In this document: positions 53,314 to 64,000 of the stretch, one piece after another
Numbering within the stretch: the stretch's first letter is position 1
How the letters are laid out: each line of letters starts with the position of its first letter
Assembly: GCF_963921235.1 (NCBI RefSeq)
Contig: NC_086097.1
Coordinates: forward strand, 157,482,001-157,546,000
DNA: 64,000 nucleotides
Source: Mobula hypostoma
Taxonomy: Eukaryota
Direction of reading: 5' to 3'
Translations under genes and position numbers: made by a program
The notes under the pieces: generated by a model
The model's database searches: none
Seen by the model: the letters and a program-made list of their open reading frames with translations, nothing else
What the model was told of the DNA's origin: nothing

Positions 53314-56300
53314 GAGGGCCACATGGAAACAGCCCCCCCTCCACCACCCACAGAACCATCAAACAGCCCTCACATTAAACTTCTCTCAGACTCTATCACC
53401 CCACACACACTAAGGCCAATGTATAGCAGCCTATTAACCTACCAATCTGAATGTCTTTGGAATGTGAGAGGAAATCTATGCCCCTGTTGGAATATGGTCA
53501 CTGGAAGAACTTGCTGACTCCATAAAGACAGCATCGAAAATCGGAATCGAGCCCAGGTGTTTGGTGAGGTACCAACTCTACAAGCTGAATTCCTGTGCCA
53601 CCCAAAGCAAAGGGTGTGTTTTAATTTTCGACTTCCTCTCTTTGAAAAGGCTGCTGTCCTTAAACCATGAAAATGTTGGATTTTGACCTCAGCCAACCGA
53701 CTTCTCAAGAGTAACTAATGTTACCAGTAATAATTCCTTGAACAAAAATATTTATCAATTTGACTACTTAGTAGGATAATCTGAGAGGAGTGAACAAAAT
53801 CCAGCTGAAGACAGCAAGGAACCTGCCTGCTACGAAGAGCCAGCACTCATTCCAAATTGTTTCACCAATTAGCACCTCTGGGCCTGTTTTCCTACCTCAG
53901 AATGTTGTCAAGAAACATGAATATTTTCAACATGTCTTCACAACTGACCTATTGACTTTCTACAAAGTAATTTTGTGCAGAAGCAAATGTTGGAATGAGT
54001 TAACACACAAGTGGCTCAAAAGTACTCCTCTCAATTTCTCATCGGGGTAGGTTTTGAGTACAGAACTTTGAAAACAATTCAACAGGGTACCAAGGAAGTG
54101 CAGGATGGTCTGAAGGGATGACTTTTGCATGAAACACAAGTAGTCTTTCCATTGTCAGGTGTGCATTAGGGATTCCAAGGTACTGAAGTACTCCTGGTGT
54201 CCAGCACAGAACTTATTGTTCAGTGAAAAGCACTTTAACATAATGAATTGATCATTTATCTTCCCTGATGTTTTTCAGACTTTCTTCAGCAGCTTGGCTA
54301 TTGTGAAGAATGGAAACATAGCAATGCTTGGAAAAGGAATATTTTGCAATGTATAAAACAGAAATCATGATTAGAAAATCCTGCAAATGCAGAGGTTGGA
54401 AAGCATCAGTTCCCAGAAAAACAGAATTAGTGTTTCAGGTCGTTAACCTTGATCCACCTAAACTTTAAATCCAGTCTCTGCATTTGCAACATCACACACT
54501 ATTTCTCTCTCCAATTATGCTGAAAGTTCTTCTGACCAATTCCAGCATTTTCTGTTTTCAGTGAAGAATAATTACTTGGCTTTGAATCAGTTCTGGATAT
54601 GCTGGAACCATAAACAGTACAAAACTCTCGGCAGTTGGGAAACAGCGACCTGCAGACGAAAATGATGAAAAAATGTAGAATTTCACCTTACTTCCAAGCT
54701 GTCCGACGAAGGACTTACAGTAAACAAAAAATAAACCATCATTTTTTTAAGATCATGACATCATGAATGTTTCTTAAATGGAATGGCTATTATCATAGAA
54801 AGAAAACCCTTGCAAGACATCGGCCCCAATGATACTCATCTTATGTTGGTTTTTCTGTTCGTATCTGCTTCTGATATCCTCTTTGAGGATCATCTCATCA
54901 GAAAGCCGCGCACACACACATTCCAATGAGATGATACCCTGTCATCTTTCCTTAGTATACAACCCAGAAAACAAAATAAAGTGTTTGTCTCATGGAGCAA
55001 CTACAAAGTGTCAGGGGAGGAAAATATAATTTGCGGATTTTGTAGTAATAAATTATTCTGGGAAATGAAGGGTATGAAGTTTGATGTAGCATCCAAAAAA
55101 AAAAGTTCTTCCTACAACTAGCAGGAGGAATACAACACACAGATGTAGTTTAGTGTCGTGACTGAAATTCTTACAAGACTCCAGTGCACCTACAAGGAAA
55201 TTATCCTCTGTGAAGTCCGGGTCTAGAAATCATGATCTCAAAATAAGTAGTAGACGATTTAGGAATAAGATGACAATATTTTTCTATTCACTCACAGAAT
55301 TGAATTAAGTCTTATCCTGAAGGCCAGTGAGGCTTAGTCACTGACTGCATTACAAAGAGCATTTAATGGATTTCTGAATATTACAGGAATCAAGACATAT
55401 GGAGGTAGGCAGGAACATGTTGTTTTGGAAAATCAGCCCTGATATTGTTGATCTATATTAAAGATTATTACTGTAATGTCACTAAGCAGGCAACATAATC
55501 AGAGGTCCCACCCACCCTGGACATGGTCTCTTCTCCCACCTCCAATTGGGCAAAAACCTGAAAGTGTGTACCACCAGGTTGAAGGACAGCTCCCATCCCA
55601 CTGTTACAAGACTATTCAATGGTTCCCAAGGACAATAAGATGGACTCTTGTCCTCACAATCTGCCTTATTATAGCCCTGCATCTTACTGTCTGCCTACAC
55701 TGCACTTCCTCTGTAACTGCAACACTTTATCTGCACTCTATTATTGTTTGCCCTTGTAACTCCTCAATCCACTGAAAGTAAAAACTGATCTGCAGAACAG
55801 CTTGAAAAGCTTTTTCATTGTACCTCGGTACACGTGACAAAAATGAACCAAATGCACCCTCTTGGCTCAACTCCATACCACCAGAAATCTTTACAAATTA
55901 TAATAACATGGTGTTACTCTGTCTACTATGGCCACCTTGATCATTAATTCTATATCAACAATATTGATTTGTTCACTTACAGAATTGAATTAAGTCTTAT
56001 CCTGGAGGATGAAAATCCAAAATAATTAACTTTGTTCCTCTCTCCACGGATACCTGCTGCCCAGCTGAGTATTTTCAGCATTTTCTGTCTCAGAATGGCC
56101 ATGAGCAGCTTTGTGCAACTTCATGCCCTTTGATAACTGGAGGTGTTTTTAACCCAGATTCACATGGCTGCAATATTGTTAATGCACAAACATTAATTGA
56201 AAGCTTTCCTTTCACAATCAATAACTGCCAAAAGCCAAGTTCTTTGAAATCAAAATCTGTCCATAGTTATGGCCCACTTGGGAAAGAAATAATTATTTGA

Positions 56301-57729
56301 TTCAAACACACTATAAAAATGAACACCCACTACTGCCTATTACACTGCCACATGTAAAAAGGAACACTTCAGAGGCTCAAAGTCTGGAAATACTCAGCAC
56401 ATTGGTTCACAGCAGAAATTTAGCCATTCATCTGAGCAAAATGACCTGTAAATAGAATTTAAAGTCATTCCCAAAATGATCATTAGCCTTTTTTCTCTGA
56501 CTTAAGCTACAATTCCCGTATTTATCTGCACTGTTCCACATATTTCATACATCAATATGGTTAAATTTACATGTTGCCTTTAAAAGCAGAATCACAAAAT
56601 TCTGTATTCAAAATCACAGGTATTAGAGCATCCATATTAGAAAATCTTTATAGCAGATTCAACACACTTCCTTATCTAGTGAATAACAAAGTTGAAATGC
56701 TTTTTTCTATTTAAAATTAAATTTATAAAATCCTTATTAACTACCTGTATAAGCAACCTATAACTCTCTACATAGTAACTATTTAAAGAACTAATAGAAA
56801 TTAAACAAACTATATGAAAGCACCAATAAAATTGTGGATTAATTACACAAGAATGTATAAAAATATACTAAATAGTTAGCTGATAACCTAAATACCAACA
56901 TTACATAGAGTGTGAAATTTGCTTGCTTACAAAACCAATTTAATGATATTTTGCTCATGAGTTATCACTAATAAATATTCATCTATCTTTAACCTGTATT
57001 TTGATTACTGTAAAAAAAAAGACTTAATAGTATGATCACCATGCATTCTTGTTCTGGGTAAACATCACATCCATTGACACAGAAGGTTAAATGCACTAGC
57101 AGTAAGCACCAAAGAAAAATGCAATTGTTTTATAACATATGCTTATATTTACACTCATTTAATTTAGAATCAGCCCATGCTTTTAACATACACAGCTGAC
57201 CTCAAAAGTTTAACTTCCCAGCTAATTTGATGTATTGAAAAATGAATTATCACATGGTGCCAAACTCTCTTTCTTCAATTAAACTCAGTACAGAAGAGAA
57301 AAGAATGCATATGGTTCAACATTGATGAATGTTTATAACTATACACTTAGTTATTGTGCTGGTATAATATGATATATTTTTACATCAGGAAGACAAATTG
57401 CATTATGGTCAATTGAGACCGACTATAAGGAAGCATTTAACGTTGATTTGAAACAGACCAAATCACATAGAATATTAATAGTCATTATAACATTAAAGAA
57501 CATTCAGCTGAGAATATAGTGCAGTAAAATAAGAAGTTTATTTTGACATGTTTCTATCCAGCACAGAATTGTACTGGTGTCTTGTGTATAATTTACGTGT
57601 GCTGACACAAAAACTGTAAAATTCTGAAAGGCTGGGATCACAAAATGTTCCTACATTTTTACAGCATGTAGAATATATATATATATTTAACAAAAATTGA
57701 GCTTGCCCATTTCATTTGTATCAACTAAT

Positions 57730-58700
57730 CACGTAGAATATTAATACAGCCTAGACATCAATTCATGGGGCAACATCCGGACAGAATATTTTAATGAATT
57801 CCGATTGCAATTTATTCCAATGCTAGGGACCGAGGTAAATTCTGGCTTCCAAATAAATGCGTCAATAAAATGTACATGTAATTTAAAAAAAATGAAACGT
57901 CAGCCTCCAGTCGCAGCTGGAATGTTCCTCTTTTGTTGCATCCAGTTACAAGGAAGGTTCATGGATATTTTAAATTGTTTTCACGGAGGCTAAGGGAAAA
58001 TTGTTTCTTTAAAAAAATAGAAAGGACTTACCGAATCTGGAGAGAGCTGAGCCAAAATGGCGAACCTGGAGAGTCGGTCACACTTGCATTTTGTACGTGA
58101 CGAGTCGATAGGGAACGTCTTGCAGCCCCGGCTCGACCAGACCCCATGTACACCAAGACTAGAGATTCCCAAAAGAGAGAAAAGCAAAACACACACACAT
58201 CGCTCTAAGTACGAGGCAAATAATAAAATAAGCAACAAATCCGATCCACGCACGATGATAAAATGCACGCACGTCAATACATCGCAAAGATTTAACCACT
58301 ATTATTTTTCACGACGTATTGAATTATTGCAACTACTTAGATGACATTTCAACCCCCCGCCATAGCGACATCACAGACCAAATTAAAAGTCAATATAAAA
58401 TTCCCACATTTCACACACAATAAGAGGAAAGTACCGCTATATGCCAAAATATTGACGGCACTGTAAATCTCTTAGAACCGGCTATTTACGGAAATAAATT
58501 GCGCTGATGTAACACTACGAGCAACACCAGAATTATTACTCCCTCCATAGCACGACACACACACAAAAAAAAACAGATTATCCAAAGAGTGCATGATCCA
58601 TCCTCAACGAACGGAAAAGAGCCCGGGATAAAATAAAACGCAGCAGCAGTAGCAGCAGCTTGGTACCTGAGAGACGAGCTTTCAGTTTACTTTGCCCCTC
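57730..58700. promoter_or_regulatory. CpG-retaining non-repeat region around the GPS exon (possible internal promoter or enhancer)
   Basis: Roughly 40 CpGs in about 1 kb by eye, versus only a handful in the adjacent 56000-57600. Confidence 0.45.
58032..58158 (-). CDS. ADGRB1: Adhesion GPCR B1 (BAI1) exon encoding the GPS motif and the tethered-agonist (Stachel) segment
   Basis: Translates [42 protein letters not shown] (GPS W-x-x-x-GC...C-x-C-D-R-L-S-x-FAIL). Pyrimidine tract and TAG acceptor at 58159-58161, GTAAGT donor at 58031, 127 nt. AQLS resembles BAI1 more than BAI3 (AQQP). Confidence 0.92.
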
Positions 58701-59591
58701 ACAGGTTGTCTAGGCAATACTAAGATATTTGTCCTTTGGGAGATTATTAAACATCTCTTCGCATCTTCGCAATAACAATTTACAATTTCTTTTCAAAAAC
58801 GCTCTCCTGAAAGCATGCCAAACAATTTAAGTCATCGGTGCAACAAACAAATAATTAACAAAAATAAGTCTGCACCAAACCTTTTTCCAAAACAAGAGAA
58901 CTACAGGTCCATTCCAAGTAGCACAGACTTAAAGCAGAAACGCACTCACACACTGAAACAAGTGTTGAAATGATTTAGAAGTAAATCAGATGCAATGAAA
59001 GGAGGGGGACAGAAAATACACTGGGAAAAAAAGCAAGTCTCCCACCATTAAATTGATGAGTCAAAGAGCTGGTGGTAGATTTGGCAACAACCCATGGCAA
59101 AGGAGCTTCTGAGCATAACTTTATCCAGTAACCGTGGTTTCGTTCTATGAGGGATCAACTTAAGGGACAGCTTTTAAGTATCAAACCACAGTAACAGTGC
59201 AAAACTAAATATTTTTCAAACGTCACATTACACTTGAGGGAAGATCATTGATAAATTAATACTGCCACAGTTTCTCAGATCCAAATTGTTCCTGCTAGGA
59301 CAACTTTTATGCTTAATGGCACCTGTCTCTCCTGAAATAGATGTGCGAATATTCCTTGAGACACATTGTTCCTCTGTGCCAGATGCAATTATCATATTGA
59401 ATGAGCCTGAGCCCATACCTACAAATATAGCTCTTTAAAAAAGTTGTATTTTAACAAATTCTTGCTTTCAAAATTTAAGTAGTTGGGAAATTTTAATCTG
59501 AATAATTGTGCACATGCACATCTGATCATTCAAGTACATGTATGACTTTTGTAAGTAACATAGAAGGATTGAAAAGCCACCTTACTAGATT

Positions 59592-59803
59592 TTATAGGAA
59601 GAAGTACAGTCGACGTTTCGGGCCGAGACCCTTCGTCAGGACTAACTGAAAGAAGAATCTCTTCTTTCAGTTAGTCCTGACGAAGGGTCTTGGCCCGAAA
59701 CGTCGGCTGTACTTCTTCCTATAGATGCTGCCTGGCCTGCTGCGTTCCACCAGCATTTTGTGTGTGTTGCTTGAATTTCCAGCATCTGCAGATTTCCTCG
59801 TGT
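59592..59803 (+). mobile_element. Fold-back Penelope-like terminus with TSD and two opposed hammerhead motifs
   Basis: Arms at 59593-59656 and 59660-59723 with a 3-nt spacer. TSD ttactagatt at 59582-59591 and 59804-59813. Confidence 0.9.
59608..59643 (-). ncRNA. Intact minimal hammerhead motif, same sense as ADGRB1
   Basis: AGUC-CUGACGA-A-GGGUCUCGGCCC-GAAAC-GUC-GACU. Confidence 0.75.
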
Positions 59804-60089
59804 TTACTAGATTCTACATGTGTCTCCTGCATATTATTCAAAAGATTTATTTACAATGTCAACCTTCAATAATATCTATACAGAGAGAGACATAGAGTTG
59901 TGCATAACACAAGTGGGCTGCCTTCAGATCATCATGTCCATACTAACCATTTTGTCCATCTACACTAATTTTATTTGCCTTCATTTCACCTGTATCCTTT
60001 TATACTGTTTCTACTTAAATTGCAATTTCTCTGGCTCTGCCACCTCTTATGGCATTGAGTTCCAGATAGTAATGATTTTCTCTGTAAAC

Positions 60090-61840
60090 TAAGCTCCAAA
60101 ACCTGGGCCTCTGTACCTCCCTCCGTAACCGAATCCTTGATTTCCTCACTAAGAAACTACTGCAGATGAGAAATAACATCTCTTCTTCGTTGACAATCAA
60201 CAATGGCGCACCTCAAGGATGTATGCTTAGCCCACTGCTCTACACTCCTACACCTACAATTGTGTGAGAGGCACAGCTCAAACACCATCTATAACTTTGC
60301 CAATAACGCAACTATTGTTGGCAGAATTTTAGATGGTGACGAGGACGCGTACAGGAGCAAGATAGACCAGCTGGTTGACTGGTGCTGAAACAACACCTTG
60401 CACTCAACATCAGTGAGATCAAGGAATTCATTGTGGTCTTCAGGAAGGGGAAGTTGCGGGAACACACACCAATCCTCATCAAGGGATCAGCTGTGGGAAG
60501 GGTGAGCAGCTTCAGGTTCCTGGGTGTCAACGTGCCTGAAGATCTATCCTGGGCCCAACATGCTGTTGCATGGCAGTGGCTATGTTTCTTTAGGGGCTTG
60601 AGGAGACTTGGTATATCACAAAAGACATTTGCAATTTTCTACAGATGAACTGCGAAGAGCATTCTAGCTGGTTGCATCACTGTCTAGAATGGAGAGGCTA
60701 CTATACAGGATCAGAAAAAGCTGCAGAAAATTGTGAACTCAGTCAGCTCCATCATGCGTACTAGCCTCCCTGGCATCAAGGACACCTTCAAAAGGTGATG
60801 ACTCAAAAAGATAGCATCCATCGTTAAGTACGTACCCCCATCACCCGACATGCCTTCTTCTCATTGCTACCATCGCAGAGGAGATACAGGAACCTGAAGA
60901 CACACATTCAAAGTTTCAGGAACAGCTTTGTCTCCTCCACCATCAGATTTCTGAATGGACAAAGAATCCATAAACACTACCTCTCTTTTAGCACTACTTA
61001 TTATATATATGGGGTGTCAGGGAGGGGTAGCACCTCTGGTGGGGAAACATGTCACGTCCTTTTCAAGGCAGTTAATCCACCTTTGGTCCCCACCTGGCAC
61101 TCAGCTCTCAACTGTGGCTCCCCGTAGCTGTTTGCATGCGACAGCGGCCACACGTCAGGCGACAGCTTTGACAAGCCGGCTAAACCAGGTAAGGGTAGCT
61201 GATGGGACTCAAACCCCTGGTGAGGTAGGGAGTTGTCTATCCCAGCATGTGAAGACAGACTCCGGCGAATTGAGCGAACGAGACCAATGGAAGGTCCAAC
61301 GGTCAAGAAGGCAGTCTCTGCAACGTCATGGAGCGTGTAGAGCATGACAAGACACAGAAGACGTCCTGGTCATCCACTGCGCCTAGTCCCATCTCCAGCC
61401 GTCTCGACTATTGTCTTGCCACTGGATCCAGATGGGAATTGGGAAGAGAGAGTGAGGCTGACACTGTGCAACTCTCCCTCATTTAAATTCAAATCAAGCG
61501 CTAGTCTCGACACCATCATAATAAGCCAGCTGGTGACGTAGCGGCATCAGCGCTGGACTTCGGGGTGAAATCCGGCCGGCTCCCGTGCACGCTCTCCATC
61601 CGTGCTGTGTTGAGCGTCGAGCTAGCAACTCGACCTCGTAAAAAGTACTAATGGCATCAAGGTATTCTTCGATGATGATGGACAAACCTTACTTATATTA
61701 TATAGATAAAATATATATACATATGCACACTCCTTATTGTAATTTATAGTTTTATTTATTATTGTGTGTTGCAGTGTACTACTGCTGCAAAACGGCAAAT
61801 TTTATTACATATGCCAACAATATTAAACATGATTCTGATT
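60090..61840 (+). mobile_element. Older Rex1-like LINE 3' part interrupted by an insertion at about 61010-61690
   Basis: GAPQG-like segment, FANNATIVG, LALNISEIKEFIVVFRK, FRFLGV; (gattct)n tail near 61835. Confidence 0.7.
61010..61690 (+). mobile_element. GC/CpG-rich non-coding insertion, probably a non-autonomous RTE-related retroposon
   Basis: Sharp compositional boundaries; gttgagcgtcgagctagcaactcgacctcgtaaaaa motif; (gat)n near the 3' end; no credible ORF. Confidence 0.45.
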
Positions 61841-62407
61841 CCTTCCTCCCACCTCCAACCTATGTCTTCTTGTTTTTGATGTCCCTACCACTAGAAAAAA
61901 GAGTATCTGCCTTATTTAAACTGCTCATAATTTGACATACATTTATAATCTCATATCAATCCTCAGCTTCCATTAGTAAGGGAAAACAAACCAGCCTATC
62001 CAATATCGCCCTATACCCAATCCAAGTAACATATTAGTGAATCTCCTCTACAATTCTTCCATCACAATCACATCCTTCCTCTAGTGCCATCCAAAACTGG
62101 GTGCATTGAGCAACTTGCATCATTCCAAAATATTCTATTTTTTACCAGCATAGAAAAGTAGGGCTGAATCGCCTCTTCCTGTGATGTGAATTTCTAACAT
62201 CCTAAGATAATTGCATGATAGAAAGAGAACCAAAGGGAACTTAGTTCTGTTGTTTGTTTTGTGAAGAATACATATTCATTGAAACATTGTTTGTCTTAAT
62301 GTATGGTTGCCCCCATGCCATAAGACAACAATCTAGACTTTTCTCCAGCCCTGCTTGTTATTCGCCAATCTATGGCACAAGACCCAGCTCCAGAACCATC
62401 CAGCAAG

Positions 62408-62509
62408 ACAGTGAGTGGCAAACAGGCCTCAGGAGGTGGAAACATTGAGTGGCAACCAGGCCTCAGGAGGTGGAAACAGTGAGTGGCAACCAGGCCTCAG
62501 GAGGTGAAA
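62408..62509. repeat. 34-bp tandem repeat, 3 copies
   Basis: Unit acagtgagtggcaaccaggcctcaggaggtggaa with one mismatch per copy and no spacers. Confidence 0.9.
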
Positions 62510-63239
62510 GCCGGTAGGTCACCATGAATTTTCCAGTGGGCTTTCAGACAGCTCAGAGCTGTCAAAAACCTTAATAACTGGTTTTAAATATCTCTGAAAA
62601 TTAGAGATGTTTAAGAACAGATCAAATAGATCAAAAACAGACAAGTAAATAGATATTTAATAAAGCATAAATAAGCAAACAATTATTATTTATTAAGATT
62701 TATTAAATACAATTGAAAAGGTAGAAATTAATTATAAATAACAACTGATGGGAAAACAAGTTTCTAGTCGCAGGAATGAATGTTTCAGCCAATGCCTAGT
62801 TTATGCTATTACGATTTATGGATTGATTACAAACATAGCAGTTTCCAAATGAAAAACTGACAACCACAGAGCAAAAGCTATAAAACAAAATCCCAAAGAT
62901 TTATCTCTGTGCATTAATACTACAAAGGTTAGGATAAAAATAGATCTTTGATTGCTTGGTGCTTACCAGTAGCTATAGGTTATACTGATGGAATATCTTT
63001 AAGAGAATACAATGGATAGGCAACACTAATGCACATTTGGGTGTCAATCAAAAACAAATTTTCATCCAGTTATGTTTTATGGACAGCATTAGTGATCTAA
63101 GGACAGACTGGCATACTTGAATAATAAGCAGAAAAGAAAACTTGTCTTCTTATGATGATGTATGCTAGTTGACAAACTAGTCTCTTGTGGAAGCTTTACC
63201 TCAAAAATGGCATACAATGGATGAGAATATAGAAGCTAG

Positions 63240-63850
63240 CATGTAATGCTGAGGCTTTATAAGACACTGGTGAGGCCTTAATTGGAGTATTGTGGGCAGC
63301 TTTAGGCTTCTTATCTAAGAAAAGATGTGTTGACATTGGAGGGGGTTGAATGGAGGCTCACAGAAATTATTCCAGGATTGAAAGGTTTATCATTTGAGGA
63401 GTGTTTGATGGCTCTTGGCCTGTTCTCACTGGAAGTCAGAAGAATGAGTGGTGGCGGTGGGGGGGGGGATCTCATTGAAACCTATCAAAAGTTGAAAAGC
63501 TTTGATAGAGTGCATGTGGAGAGAATGTTTCCTGTGGTGGGGGAGTCAAAGACCAGAGGACGCAGCTTCAGAATAGAGGGACATCCATTTATAATGTGAT
63601 AAGAAGAAATTTCTTTAGCCAGAGAGTGGTAGATCTGTGGAGTTCATTGCCACAGGCAGCTGTGGAGGCCAAGTAATCAGGTATATTTATGGCAGAGGTT
63701 GATAGATTCTTGATTAGTCAGGGCATAAAGAGATATGGGCAGAAGGTAAAAGATTGGGGCTGAGAGGGAAATAGATCAGGTATGGTGAAATGGTGGAGCA
63801 GACTCAAAGGGCCAAGTAGCCTAATTCTGCTCCTGTATCTTATGGTCTTA
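63240..63850 (+). mobile_element. CR1-clade LINE 3' fragment
   Basis: Colinear with 33960-34556; GDLIETY. Confidence 0.85.
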
Positions 63851-64000
63851 TTGTCTAGGTGTTCGACTGGCAATAATTATCACCCAACTTTTGCTCAGTG
63901 CTATCTAGAACAAGCAGTTTATAACATTAAAATATATTCTGTAGCTGACACAATAAATAGTATGACAACATTGCTGTATTATTAAATGAGTCACTGCTTG

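Noticed and set aside
57990..58277. 95-aa ORF as a standalone gene
   Set aside because: Only 58032-58158 is coding; the rest is intron read-through.
62408..62509. 34-bp repeats as a CRISPR array
   Set aside because: Head-to-tail with no spacers, no cas genes, vertebrate intron; it is an ordinary minisatellite.

Overview
Eukaryotic DNA from a vertebrate, most likely a cartilaginous fish (inferred from the repeat families). The window is intronic sequence of an adhesion GPCR gene on the minus strand, best matching ADGRB1/BAI1. Five coding exons were found with consistent GT-AG phases (GPS exon 58032-58158, then 35852-35955, 28973-29075, 15771-15921, 8638-8707). The introns hold CR1 and Rex1/Babar LINE fragments, two Tc1/mariner elements, a decayed Ty1/copia element, a Penelope-like element (PLE; RT + GIY-YIG) with a minimal hammerhead ribozyme, several short fold-back PLE insertions, and a near full-length HERO-like RLE retrotransposon. 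The most notable signal is in the HERO-like element: an 85-bp terminal redundancy and, in its 3' UTR, all hammerhead core motifs arranged in a non-canonical, pseudoknotted strand order. All assignments were made by eye and from remembered family motifs; no searches or folding calculations were run.
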